The notes beneath the pieces are model-generated. The model searched no databases. It had not been told where the DNA came from and worked only from the letters and a program-made list of their open reading frames with translations. A stretch of 63,540 nucleotides of DNA, counting the filler, from Octopus bimaculoides (taxonomy: Eukaryota): the NCBI RefSeq assembly GCF_001194135.2. It is 5 parts of 5 records of this genome, joined end to end, with 100 filler letters (N's around TTAATTAATTAA, not from the genome) between each part and the next. Parts side by side here need not be neighbours in the genome. Positions count along the whole stretch, not along the records: positions 1 to 29,256 come from NC_068989.1; 4 more parts are not named here. One strand, given 5' to 3'. The translations under genes were made by a program, and so were the position numbers. This document shows positions 12,816 through 25,539 of this stretch, piece by piece (the stretch's first letter is position 1; every line of letters starts with the position of its first letter).

Positions 12816-14479
12816 GCACTAAGACTGCGAGAGTATGGGTAGAAAATATTGGTAAAAATAAATTGAGTACTTCCAACGGTTGAAATACAATAGGGACGAT
12901 TTGTTTTGACAAGCGCATGTCGAGAAAAATAGAATAATGCATTGACTAATAAAATCCATTACGTGATGTAAATCATTTTATAATATAAACCTTTATGTAA
13001 TATAAATTTTTATTCCATAGAAAACATAATTTGATTTACTATCTAAATTTTTATATCTGATAGCATCCAACATTTCACTCACAAAGTACTATTTTATAGT
13101 TTAATCATCCATTCTTTTTTCTATTCGTCTCACGTTTACTTCTGTCGTGAGGAGGGAAGAATCAACCAGAATAAACCTACCACTTTATACTATACTAATA
13201 AATTCTGCTTTATGGACCCGATATACGTAAAAATATAATGTAAAGTGTGTACAAGTGATACCTAAACTTAAATATGAGGGGACATAATTCAATATCTTTT
13301 AATACAATAATTTATCACTGGGGCTATTTTCAATGATCGGCTGTCACAGAAGTATATCATACTTCCTTTTCATTACATAATTAGCTTAGTTTTGCATGGG
13401 GTATAGCAATGTGTCATATTGAAAGGATGGGTTTTCTATTTTAAGTGGAATAAAATTGTTTAAAAGATGCTGGGAACATAGATATTGAAATCCACCTTTG
13501 TATTGTATAACGTATTCTGTACATATTGATGGAATAAAAGATGGAGTTAACCTCTGTGAGATTTGAACACAAGTGTAGAGAACGACAACTGTGCCTCGAC
13601 TACATCTGATGCTTTCGTTACTAGGTTATACTAAAAATATCTATGCTAAAGCAATTCAGACAACAATCCAGCTAGAATGGTCGACCTAAAATGTATGTCA
13701 TCACTTTATATGTATAACTCAGCCAGATATATTATGTTGCTCGTAAATCTTTGCATAAAATTTACTGCTGTCTCCAACATTTTCTATTCTATAAAATGAT
13801 TCGGGAAATAAAAATTCTGATATTTTCTACAAAATATACGTTGAGTAGGCACAAGGAAATATAGCAAATGCATTTATTATATTTATGTATATATATATGA
13901 GTATACTACGTTATATTATTTTACAGTTTTTTTAAGTTGCTGCGTAATTAGTGATGATATATATCTTTAAGAGATAATTATTATTCAAAATGATATATAA
14001 CTGCATTTCCATGTGAAATAGAATACCAATTGTTTTGCTAAATGAAACAGTAGTTCATTATTGTATACAACACTTCAGGTCTTGTTTAAAACACAGTCCA
14101 TGTGTTATAACACAGCAACAATCCATGGGTTAATAAAAATAACTGCAAGCGTTTATAAAGACAAGCACTGTACTTAAATATGCTTGTATACCTGTGTTAT
14201 ATAAATGATTGTGTATTAATGTTTATTAGGTGATCACTCAGAAGAAAATGTGTTATTGTGATTTAAAGTTCTTAAAGCAGTAGTCTACATTAATTGGAGT
14301 AAACATACTTTTATGAGAATTAGCAGAAGTGAGTTTATTATTTTGGTTATTCATTCGGCTAAGCGCACGTATTGTACTGAGACTAGCCGACTGAGGAGTT
14401 TTATTCAAAACAGATATTCTGTTAATGCAGTAGAGGTCAAATGATACGTAATATTATTTTATGTAAGGATATGTGGCTT

Positions 14480-14690
14480 GTGGGGGTGCATGGCGATCGT
14501 GAGTTCAATTCCTAGACACTTCATTTCAAGTTGCTCTGTGATCACTTCGACACCTGACGTGTGGTACACAATGTTCAGACAACGTCGATGTGATGGAGAG
14601 AGTAAACTAATGTGTGGCACGAACATTGGATCACTATAAAAACAAATAGTTTGTGCAGGTCGTTCGGTAAAGCTTTCTTCGATGGGGGAG
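14480..14690 (+). mobile_element. Decayed SINE-like repeat
   Basis: B-box-like GAGTTCAATTCC followed by ACACTTCATTTCA, which is shared with the family-B SINEs. Confidence 0.45.
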
Positions 14691-15080
14691 TCCATCATGT
14701 GGCTTATAACAGTAGTTTAAGCTGCAATAAGGTAGTTACAGTAAACTGCGAAGATTTGTAACGGCAAGTTACGACGGTTTGTAACTGACATGTGACTATC
14801 TAACACTAGAGCAAGCTGAAATGAGTTGTAACAGTATGTAGCTTGCAATGGATTGTAACCATAAGTTGTGCATTATATGAATATCATCAGTGTACGCTCA
14901 ACTTGTCGAAGTTCCTTTGTCTGTGTAAGAAAACAGAAGATGTGTGAACTATTTAACTCGAATCAAACAATGTCAGCAGTTGGTTACCATAAACGTAATC
15001 ATGCTTGACATGCGAAATGAATTGGATAGCTGAAAAATAGTGTTGCAGGTAAAGTTCCAGATAACTGATGATAATAAAAC

Positions 15081-15472
15081 CAGTCATTTGACTGTGGCCA
15101 TGCTGGAGCACCGCCTTTTGCCGCGCAAATCGACCTCAGGACTTATTCTTTGTTAGCCTAGTACTTATTCTATCGGTTTTTTGCTGAACCACTAAGTTAC
15201 GGGGACGTAAACACACCAGCATCGGTTGTCAAGCGATGTTGGGGGGACAAACATATACACACAAACATATACACACACATACATACACACACATAAGCAA
15301 AANNNNNNNNNNTATACGACGGGCTTCATTCAGTTTCCGTCTACCAAATCCACTCACAAGGCTTTGGTCGGCCCGAGGCTATAGTAGAAGACACTTTCCC
15401 AAGGTTTCATGCAGTGGGAATGAACCCGGAACCACGTGGTTGGTAAGAAATCTACCTACCACACAGCCACTC
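15081..15472 (-). mobile_element. tRNA-derived SINE, family A, near full length with internal microsatellite
   Basis: Co-linear with 33410-33790: head, (CA/TA)n linker, then the 3' domain GTTTGTCCCCCCAACATCGCTTGACAACCGATGCTGG...GCTCCAGCATGGCCACAGTCAAATGACTG. Confidence 0.85.
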
Positions 15473-16920
15473 GCAAACAGTCCTGCTATATAATTCAAGT
15501 GTCAGGCAATAGCTTGGAAGAGGACTTGGTTACACGTTGAGCTGCAACTGATTAAGTTTTCTATGACGAGTTATACTGAAAGTGACGTATCTGATGATTT
15601 TTATATATTTAAGTCGAAAGCCAAATTTTTGGGGTGCGGTCTTCCTTTTCATGAGCTTTTCACTACAATAATATTTAATTTGATAAGTTACAAATCAATA
15701 CATAATATATTATATATCGCGTTTATTATCTATGCAAGCAGAAAGATCGTTTGTTTTTTGCTAATCGTTAAATAATATTTTTACATTTGATTCTCGAATT
15801 ATGTAATAAATTTTATGCGGTAATTCTAATTTTCCTTTTTACCCTCTATTCGTCTAGTACACACTCACTCACTAATAATATCAAGCAATCAAAAACTGCG
15901 TTAGAAAATACGGAGAAATCAGGTATTATGTTGACTGAACCACTTTATTGCATACATATCAGTAAATTTTGTCCCTTCGCATAACAGTGCATACCTAATA
16001 TGTACTGGAAAAATTTCTATTGAATAACTATCTGTCAGTTCGAACGCTTAACATTGTATAACTTATTTTATCTGTATTGCTTTTCTGTCAATATATATTT
16101 GTACATTTTAGTATTAATGACCTATATAATCACACAATTAAAATAGACAGAAGTACGAAATTAATGTTTTATTCCCTTTCATCATACGGACTACAATAAT
16201 AAGGAGAGTGGAGGTCACTGCAAAGGAATTAACTATCAGTAATTCATATCAGATTTCGTATTATAGTCCTCATCATGTAGTGTAACAATTTCCTGTATTG
16301 GTTATTGTTTTAAAAACATTGTGCATAATAATCAAATACGTTAGTTGAAATAAAATGAGATAATCATATATTTGGTTCAATTGACGTAAGTAAATTAAAA
16401 CCAGTTTTCTATTTCCTCAACAATACCCAAGAAATATGAAAGGATACTGGAATTAAGATAATTTGGCTGATGCTGGGTTAAACTTGTAATATGAAGAAAC
16501 TGAGGAATACTTTAAGTGCTATGTCTATAGAATTGCGTTGCAAATATTTAAGCAACCTTTATAATTTCAAAAGTACAAACGGACATCAAAAACGCTACCA
16601 GACACCTATGTCACAGTGAATCAAAATAAGTTTTGTGACTGAATCGTTCTATTAAAATCTCTAATAAAAGATACGTGAAGTCCATATTTAATAACCACAT
16701 TTTGATAAAAAGGATGTAAAAATTGGAATTTATAAAAAAAATTCTAGACAGTTTAAACTTTAGTAACCACTTTCTTTTTTTGTTTAAACTACACCCCGAA
16801 CTACAAAGAAGAGTAAAAAATGATACGCACTCTTGTTTTTTCAATGTATTTACACAAAGCAGGGGATAAAGAAGTACGTCATTTTTCCATATAGTAGCCT
16901 TCGATTTAGAAATACTTAGT

Positions 16921-17668
16921 TCAGCGGTCCACAAGCTTTCGTATTCCCTCCAAGAAGGTTTTCGGTTGGTCGTGCAACCATTTATGCACCGCTTTCCCTA
17001 TATCGTCATTCGTAGGAAATTGATGACCTTGTAAACGATCTTTGAGCGGACCAAATATATGATAGTTGGAAGGGGTGAGATCTGGGTTGTAGGCAGGGTG
17101 TTCCAACATATCAAAACCCAATTGGCTAATGGTTTCAACGCTCTGGGTGGCCGTGTGTGGGCGTGCATTGTCATGCAACAAGAAAACTTTCTTCGTCAAT
17201 AAGTTTCGGCGTTTCGTGCGAATTGCTTGCTCCAGTTTGTTGGCAAGTAAAGCACTGTATTTTGGACTGTTGATCGTACATCCCTTTTCCAGGTAGTCTT
17301 CAAGTATAGACCCTTTTGACTCCCAAGACTTAAACTTTTAAACTCCTTGATCCACTCATACACACTTCTACACTGTAGAGCACTGTCACCTTTTTATGCT
17401 AAAAACCACCAATGAATTTCAGCACCTGACACACCTTGCGACCAGAGAAATCAGACAACTGCTCTTTGTCCTTCTTTGGTGCTCATTGCTAGTGGCGCGG
17501 CCATGCTTACACTGTAAAGCCAGAAAGAAAGCTGACGCAATCAGGCTCAAACTTCGATCACGTGACTACTACAATAGTATCAACTATAGGCACGCATGCG
17601 CAAAAGGCAATGAGACAATAATAAAGATATGTTATGGTGAAAGTGAGATAATTTTTTACTTCCCCTCG
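16921..17668 (-). mobile_element. Mariner (DD34D) transposon remnant with internal deletion
   Basis: N-terminus from ATG at 17504 reads MAAPLAMSTKEGQRAVV*FLWSQGVSGAEIH...SVYEWIKEFK. The C-terminus reads LLHDNARPHTA...HPAYNPDLTPSNYHIFGPLK, with 34-residue spacing and the third Asp mutated to Asn. The 5' TIR begins TA|CGAGGGGAAGTAAAAAATT at 17670-17650. Confidence 0.9.
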
Positions 17669-17829
17669 TAATTACCAAGCAGGTTTCTTTATTATAGTCT
17701 ATATATTCTGTTTATTATAAGCGTATTAACTTATCCCGGCACATGATGTCAGAGGATATCAAGCTAACAGATAAGACTACAGAACTAGTAGGAATAACTG
17801 TCATTGCTTTCTCGGACCATAATCTACTG

Positions 17830-18798
17830 GGCATAACTACAGAGTTGTACCCCCCAGACTTTGGAAGGTCATAACTTTCAGAAAAATAAATATTTTTAAT
17901 GAAATTTTCTATGCATATAGTATTTATTATGTAGATTCCGAATATACAAAAATTTCCGGTGAAAGTGTTTGGGAATGGGGGTGGGGGATAATTATCGGAA
18001 ATTCCAACAGAGTCCACTTAAATTCTTCTTAACTTCCAGGAAAACTAATATTTTTTCGTGAGATTTTCCACAAATATACCTTGATGTATGTACATTTCGA
18101 GCATGTAGGAATTTTGAAGGAAACAACTGCAGGTTATTTTTGGGAAGTGTTCCCCACTCGGTGGTGTTTCGGAGCAAGTCGTCCATAATTGCTTCATTTT
18201 TCTCTATTATGTGCGTATGTGCATCCGTAGATTTGTAATGAAGTAATACGCTGCTTCTGTTCTCTTCTACTTCTCTACTAGAAACGTTTACTTTGGAATG
18301 TACTTCTATTGAGAAAAAAAAATCGTATGCATGTTATTTTTAACGTAAGTTGTCTTATGACGGCTTCTCTTTTCTGCGTATTACTTCATTAGAAATCTAC
18401 GGATGCACATACGCACATAATAGAGAAAAATGAAACAAATATGGACGACTTGCTCCAAAACACCACCGAGTATGGAACGCTTCTCAAAAATAACCTGCAG
18501 TTGTTTCCTTCAAAATCCCTACATGCTCGAAATGTACATATATCAAGTTATATATTTGTAGAAAATTTCACGAAAAAATATTAGTTTTCCTGGAAGTTAA
18601 GAAGAATTTAAGTGGACTCTGTTGGAATTTCCGAAAATTGTCCCCTACCCCATTCCAAAACACTTTCACCGGAATTTTTTGTATATTCGGAATCTACATA
18701 ATAAATATTATATGCATAGAAAATTTCATAAAAAATATTAATTTTTCTGAAAGTTATGACCTTCCAAAGTCTGGTGGGTACAACTCTGTAGTTATGCC
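17830..18798. mobile_element. 969-bp palindromic non-autonomous DNA transposon with 8-bp TSD (Merlin- or Mutator-like)
   Basis: Arms 17830-18251 and 18376-18798 are near-identical reverse complements starting GGCATAACTACAGAG. The identical 8-mer ATCTACTG flanks both ends (17822-17829, 18799-18806). Confidence 0.9.
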
Positions 18799-20439
18799 AT
18801 CTACTGCACTAAATAGAGGAAAATCACATTAAATAATGTAGCCATGCAGAACATTAAAAGCCAGTATGGACACAACTGGAATGCTGTTGGTAATAAATCT
18901 GTTAAATGAGGATTGATTTTTGGACTAAATGAAAAAAAAACGACAAACTTATAGTGTCTATGAGGGCAATAAATTGAATTTAATGGAGTTACATGCTTCT
19001 CATCTTCCTCACATTTGCTCAGTAAAATACTTATGGAACCACAGCGGCTTAGGAAATTAGGAAGTAAACTCAGGAAACTGATTTGTTCATTCCATTGCAA
19101 CGAGTGTTACGGTACGTTTACCTTCTAGGAACGAAGTGTATATGTAAATACACACATGCATATATATGTATATATGTGTGGGTATATATGTATGTATACA
19201 TATATATACATTTATATGNNNNNNNNNNNNNNNNNNNNNNNNNNNNNNNNNNNNNNNNNNNNNNNNNNNNNNNNNNNNNNNNNNNNNNNNNNNNNNNNNN
19301 NNNNNNNNNNNNNNNNNNNNNNNNNNNNNNNNNNNNNNNNNNNNNNNNNNNNNNNNNNNNNNNNNNNNNNNNNNNNNNNNNNNNNNNNNNNNNNNNNNNN
19401 NNNNNNNNNNNNNNNNNNNNNNNNNNNNNNNNNNNNNNNNNNNNNNNNNNNNNNNNNNNNNNNNNNNNNNNNNNNNNNNNNNNNNNNNNNNNNNNNNNNN
19501 NNNNNNNNNNNNNNNNNNNNNNNNNNNNNNNNNNNNNNNNNNNNNNNNNNNNNNNNNNNNNNNNNNNNNNNNNNNNNNNNNNNNNNNNNNNNNNNNNNNN
19601 NNNNNNNNNNNNNNNNNNNNNNNNNNNNNNNNNNNNNNNNNNNNNNNNNNNNNNNNNNNNNNNNNNNNNNNNNNNNNNNNNNNNNNNNNNNNNNNNNNNN
19701 NNNNNNNNNNNNNNNNNNNNNNNNNNNNNNNNNNNNNNNNNNNNNNNNNNNNNNNNNNNNNNNNNNNNNNNNNNNNNNNNNNNNNNNNNNNNNNNNNNNN
19801 NNNNNNNNNNNNNNNNNNNNNNNNNNNNNNNNNNNNNNNNNNNNNNNNNNNNNNNNNNNNNNNNNNNNNNNNNNNNNNNNNNNNNNNNNNNNNNNNNNNN
19901 NNNNNNNNNNNNNNNNNNNNNNNNNNNNNNNNNNNNNNNNNNNNNNNNNNNNNNNNNATATATATATATATGGTTGTGTGTGTGTGTAACGAGAGAGAAA
20001 GAGTGGAAAAGAGGAAGAATTAGGTAGATATATGTGTTTGTGCCTGTATGTATGCACACCTATCTATCTATCTATCTTTTCTATCTATCTATCTATCAGG
20101 AGACAGAGAAAGAGACAGTGACAGAATAAATAGTGTCTAACCCATACATGTAGCTACATAAAGGAAATGAAAGAGGGTGAAAATACACAAGACTGTATAA
20201 GAAGTTGAAATTATATTAATAATAATACACTTCCCTGGTTTCATATTTGTGTGATTTTCAAGAGTGCAAGCTTTGAGAAACGTTGAGCTGTGTCGCGCAC
20301 TGCATCGTGTGCCGGTAGTTTTATATTTACTTGAGATTTCTCAGCAATTTTTACCTGCAGTTATATATAGCAATTAAGTACACTAAATAGTTTAAAGTTA
20401 TATTTCTTTTTCAGTTGTCTCTGATGTGTCACTTTTTCT

Positions 20440-20790
20440 CACAGTGCTTAGGAGTCAATGCGGTTGTCTATACAGATGTGCTGGAGAAAGTTGTGAGGAC
20501 CTAGATAAACAGAGTCCACAACGGAAGACCGAACATCTTCCAACAAAATACTGCACTGTCTCACTAAGGCTACAACAACCCACGTGTGAAGGCGTACCAA
20601 ACTCTATAGTCATGTTCTCCCACACACATAGCCTCCTATCTCACCAGAACTCAACTCACTTGACTATTACGTTTGAGGCGTAGTTGCAAGAGATCACTCA
20701 ACCTCCATTACTCCATACAATCTCTCAAGTTCGCAATAACTATGTCAAAAGTTTTGAATTTCTCTCTGAAGAAATTTGACAAATCAAAAC
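20440..20790 (+). mobile_element. maT-type (DD37D) Tc1/mariner transposase remnant
   Basis: Frameshifted translation LGVNAVVYTDVLEKVVRT*INRVHNGRPNIFQQNTALSH...PPISPELNSLDYYV*GVVARD, which resembles the maT catalytic domain. Confidence 0.7.
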
Positions 20791-21639
20791 ATCACGCTAT
20801 CCTAATTAACTTGCATTGCATTAAACTATTTAGAATTCTCTTAAACTCCTACCATCACTATTTTATCCAACATTGTAACGATTCCGTTATGTCGCCGCCT
20901 TTGCCTCTTGGCTGATTGGCTGAGTGTTTAGAGGGTCGGATAGATTGTTTTTCAGTAATCTATTTAGTGGTGGGTGGGACGATAAGCAACATGCTAGTTT
21001 TGTACTGAGGTAGATCCTTCTCTTTCTCTCAGCTCTTCTCTATTTCATTCTGTCTCTCAACACTTCTCTATTTCATTCTGGAGAGAGCATTGGCTCCACC
21101 AAAACACGCCAAGTCATGTCGTGTGTTGACCCGACGGCATCCCTACAACACTACCAATAAATGTGCTTTCACTGGCATTGTTCAGAGACACAAATATTGG
21201 TAACAACTTCTGTAATATATACCTTGTCGAAGTTCGATATTGTCATCTGAAAACAAAATATTAATTCTAAGCAAATTATTGTTGTGTTGAAGAGCAGTAT
21301 TGCAACTGATTTAACCCACTCCAGCCTTTTTTACAAGTACTTACGACCCACTAGATCAAGGACTATATGATAATTGATCTAGATTATAGTAATTTTAGTA
21401 TATAATTATTGTACATGTAATACGCAGACCTGCTAAATTTTGTTATTCCAGTTTGAAGGACGCACATTTAACAGCACTTTGAAACATACTGCTTATCACA
21501 ACTTACTAGTTTGCAGAATGCAGTTTGGACGTGAAGGCAATTTGAGAGCTCACTGTGTAATGTAGTTTTTGCTTAACCGGTTAAAAACTTTTCAGAAACT
21601 TATATGCGTTGCGCATCTGTTTTTCGTTGGCGGCAGAGG

Positions 21640-21725
21640 TCAGACAAAACTCATGACGAACCCCTTTATTGACAAAAAGGGCATCATCTACATCCGCTGC
21701 GTTTCCTCTAACCAGACGGTCAACA
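21640..21725 (+). mobile_element. Short mariner transposase fragment
   Basis: RGQTKLMTNPFIDKKGIIYIRCVSSNQTVN resembles the mariner KxMLxxFFDxxGIVxxEFxPxGQTVN block. Confidence 0.45.
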
Positions 21726-21884
21726 TTTAGTTGGCTTTCATTGGGAATTGAAACTGTAACCTAATGATATCTATCACTTTCTCTTATTGACTAGCCGAAG
21801 GGAGATAACATTGCACTATAGAGATTTATTCAGCATTTGTATTTCACATCATTAAGAAAAAACGGTTTTTTTTACCACTTCACG

Positions 21885-22006
21885 AGGCATTGGTTGGCCT
21901 GTGGCTATAGTAGAAATCAACACTTGCCCAGAGCGTCACTCAGTTGGACTGAACCCGAAACTATGTGGTTGGGAAGCAGGCTTGTAACCACACAGCTGGC
22001 GCCTAT
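21885..22006 (-). mobile_element. tRNA-derived SINE, family A, decayed head
   Basis: Similar to 841-1006 (GGCTATAGTAGAA...CACTTGCCCA...TGAACCCGAAACTATGTGGTTGG). Confidence 0.7.
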
Positions 22007-23019
22007 GTATTTTGTATATATTTATTTACGTTGAGGGCTTCATAAACTCTATGGCCTCTTGAAACGTAGGTTAAATATTTAAATACAATGTTTACATATA
22101 TTACATAAGATAATATAGTAAACCAATTTCATGAAAGCCCTAACTTTACATTGCTTCATTAATTAGTGGGGTTAGGTCCAGCATTACTACACTATGAAAC
22201 ACTTGAGATTCTTCTGCATACGAAAAGTATGAACTCTTTCCTGTACACGTATCTATTTAGAAAGTAGGGTGGTTTCAGATTTAGAATCCAGCATGAGATA
22301 TGAATCAAAGAGCCCGGGCTCTGCTGTCTCTACAATATCGAATCAGGCAGTTGTAGCTTTATTTATAAAAACGAGCGGAGAAATTAGTTTTGCGCTTTGT
22401 TAACGAATGTATTGCACAGTGAAATTATACTGCTAAGAGAGACAAACAGGTATAGTCATCAAGAGTTATTCCCCTTGTATTAGACTGCAATTTCTCACAC
22501 TTTGCATGGATAGTGGAAGCTGATTTTCTTCATTGTTCATTTAATAATTTTCATCTGTAATAAAATAGCAAATACATAGTAGCAACAGTGGTAATACTTT
22601 GCTTATTATACATTGTAGATCATCAGTGTATTTGTTTGTCCTAAGATATTTGTAATACTTTTGTTAAGATTCTATAACATCTAATACATGGTAAATTATC
22701 TCAAAAGTGTCTTAATTTTCGAAAAGAGTTGTTGAAGCCAATCTATGGTAATCGCGCGTTTATGCAAGACTTAAATGAATATAATAATCACCATTCAATA
22801 TTCCCCTCTCAGTAGCACAGTTGTCAAAACGATGTGTAAGCATATATGAATGCATAGATATGCATAAATTACACAGAAACACACACATAAATTATTGAAT
22901 GACAAAGGACTAGGATTTACGTGGTTACGCAAACCTTGTTCCCTATTCATTCAAATAATTTCTGTATTATCTCTGTAAAGCTTTACTTTAAGTAATTTAT
23001 ATGCTGAGTTCTGACAACT

Positions 23020-23290
23020 GGTGTCTTAGGGAAATTTCGAACCGGGGTTCTCATTTGGAATCTTGGGGTAAGTAGCGCGCGCTCTTGACCACTACGCCAT
23101 TTGCCCGTGAACAATTACGGAGTGAATTTTAGGGCTTATAAATCTAATATTGTCCTGTCCTTCTTTAATACCGGTCTGCTTAGGAGGTTGTTGTGTCCTA
23201 GCATATGTGCTGCTGCTTTTAGTTTTCGTATTTTCCAATGGTGTTCTCTGTCTATTATTTTAACTTCATCCACACATACACACACAAATA

Positions 23291-23337
<47 letters not shown>

Positions 23338-23373
23338 AGATATATATATATATATCTATACACACACACACAC
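23020..23373 (-). mobile_element. Penelope-like fragment (GIY-YIG tail + tRNA-like segment + pLTR start), left arm of an inverted pair
   Basis: The minus strand encodes DEVKIIDREHHWKIRKLKAAAHMLGHNNLLSRP, typical of a Penelope GIY-YIG C-terminus. It is the reverse complement of 23922-24280. Confidence 0.7.
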
Positions 23374-23921
23374 NNNNNNNNNNNNNNNNNNNNNNNNNNN
23401 NNNNNNNNNNNNNNNNNNNNNNNNNNNNNNNNNNNNNNNNNNNNNNNNNNNNNNNNNNNNNNNNNNNNNNNNNNNNNNNNNNNNNNNNNNNNNNNNNNNN
23501 NNNNNNNNNNNNNNNNNNNNNNNNNNNNNNNNNNNNNNNNNNNNNNNNNNNNNNNNNNNNNNNNNNNNNNNNNNNNNNNNNNNNNNNNNNNNNNNNNNNN
23601 NNNNNNNNNNNNNNNNNNNNNNNNNNNNNNNNNNNNNNNNNNNNNNNNNNNNNNNNNNNNNNNNNNNNNNNNNNNNNNNNNNNNNNNNNNNNNNNNNNNN
23701 NNNNNNNNNNNNNNNNNNNNNNNNNNNNNNNNNNNNNNNNNNNNNNNNNNNNNNNNNNNNNNNNNNNNNNNNNNNNNNNNNNNNNNNNNNNNNNNNNNNN
23801 NNNNNNNNNNNNNNNNNNNNNNNNNNNNNNNNNNNNNNNNNNNNNNNNNNNNNNNNNNNNNNNNNNNNNNNNNNNNNNNNNNNNNNNNNNNNNNNNNNNN
23901 NNNNNNNNNNNNNNNNNNNNN

Positions 23922-23946
23922 TATGTATATATATAGATAGATAAAT

Positions 23947-23990
<44 letters not shown>

Positions 23991-24310
23991 GTAGATAGAT
24001 AGATAGATATATGTGTGTGTGTATGTGTGGATGAAGTTAAAATAATAGACAGAGAACACCATTGGAAAATACGAAAACTAAAAGCAGCAGCACATATGGT
24101 AGGACACAACAACTTCCAAAGCAGACCGGTATTAAAGAAGGACAGGACAATATTAGATTTATAAGCCCTAAAATTCACTCCATAATTGCTCACGGGCAAA
24201 TGGCGTAGTGGTTAAGAGCGCGCGCTACTACCCCCAACATTCCGAATGAGAACCCAGGTTCGAAATTTCCCTAAGACACCTGATGAAGGCTGGAGGATAT
24301 ATCAGCTGAA
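23922..24310 (+). mobile_element. Penelope-like fragment, right arm of the inverted pair, ending in a decayed hammerhead
   Basis: Same content as the left arm. It continues CTGATGAAGGCTGGAGGATATATCAGCTGAA, a hammerhead core plus stem II with the GAAAC side truncated. Confidence 0.7.
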
Positions 24311-24854
24311 TAATACACTAAATAAAAACAAATAGCACTGCGAAAAGTTTTTCTGACGAAAGTTATTTTCATCCAACGAAGTGAAATTTAAACAACAGAC
24401 TACGCACGCATACCAGTAGCTGGGAAAACGTGTGATAATGTCCATAAACGTATTTCATGTAACTTGCAAATTTTCAAATGCTTACATAGGAAATAATAAG
24501 TTTTCTCATTTTTTTTATAAAGGCATAACCATGGAGCAACAGAAGCAAGACAAAGAGAAAACGCGCAATCACATACGCACGCGCACGCAACACACAAACA
24601 TTTATATATAGCACATATATATAGTACATATATATATATATATGAAAATTTTAAAAACGTAACTAATCAAACACTTATCTTAAGCAAAAGGCAACCACAA
24701 AACCTAAAGAAACTAACAAAGACGAAATTCAATATGAACAAACAGGATAAAACATTCACAGTAACCAAGTGTAATGATATCTGATGTGGAACGTGTCAAT
24801 ACATGCATACTGGTAGATCCATTAGAGCAAAAAAATGGACAGATTTTCGGAAAT

Positions 24855-25150
24855 GCAGATATGAATTGCAAAAGCAGAAATTTGATCTACTGTATTAAAT
24901 GCCCCAAATTGCGAGGAACTATATATTGGCGAGTCAGGAAATGTATTATCGGAACGCTCACTGGTCCACAGACAACAAATCCGGAACACTAAGTTTACAA
25001 ATTCCATTGAGCGAACATATAGAAACATGTGTTCAGAAAATGTTTCTAATTTTTTCCTTTCTACAAACTACATGACACAAGTGAGGTACGAAGAAAGATA
25101 AAAGAAAAACGGTTTATTTAAATGTTCAAACCTGTTCTGAACGGAAATAA
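24855..25150 (+). mobile_element. Penelope-like GIY-YIG endonuclease remnant
   Basis: With one frameshift it reads MNCKSRNLIYCIKCP/CEELYIGESGNVLSERSLVHRQQIR...PLSEHIETC...KEKRFIK. This has the LIY and YIG motifs, CxxC and HxxxC. Confidence 0.85.
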
Positions 25151-25194
25151 CAACAATATAACAATCAGCTAATGAAGTGAATGAGAAATATCTC

Positions 25195-25315
25195 TTTTAC
25201 TTGCTTCAGTCATTTGACTGTGGCCATGCTGGAGCACCACCTTTAGTCGAGCAAATCGACCACAGGACTTATTCTTTGTAAGCCTAGTACTTATTCTATC
25301 GGTCTCTTCTGAGAC
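25195..25315 (-). mobile_element. Family-A SINE 3' domain
   Basis: CAGTCATTTGACTGTGGCCATGCTGGAGCACC...GACTTATTCTTTGTAAGCCTAGTACTTATTCTATCGGTCTC, as at 33420-33520. Confidence 0.8.
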
Positions 25316-25324
25316 CGATAGAAT

Positions 25325-25495
25325 AATTTCTTTCAACGACCATACGTGCTTGGCCAAGGTTGTAGCGTTTCGTCTCTCCGCGATGTTGAAGGAGGATTTG
25401 TAGCTGATATAACTTTCGCATGTTTGGTTGTTCATTTAGACCAGTTACTGTTACCAAGATCGTCTGTAATGGATATGTAATATTGTTCACTTCGA
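25325..25495 (-). mobile_element. Second, different Penelope-like GIY-YIG remnant
   Basis: Frameshifted VNNITY...ILVTVTG...YKSSFNIAERRNATTLAKHVWSLKE resembles the NHKSSF...T(A/T)LSKHIW.LK block of Penelope endonucleases. Confidence 0.6.
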
Positions 25496-25507
25496 TTAAT
25501 ATACATT

Positions 25508-25539
<32 letters not shown>

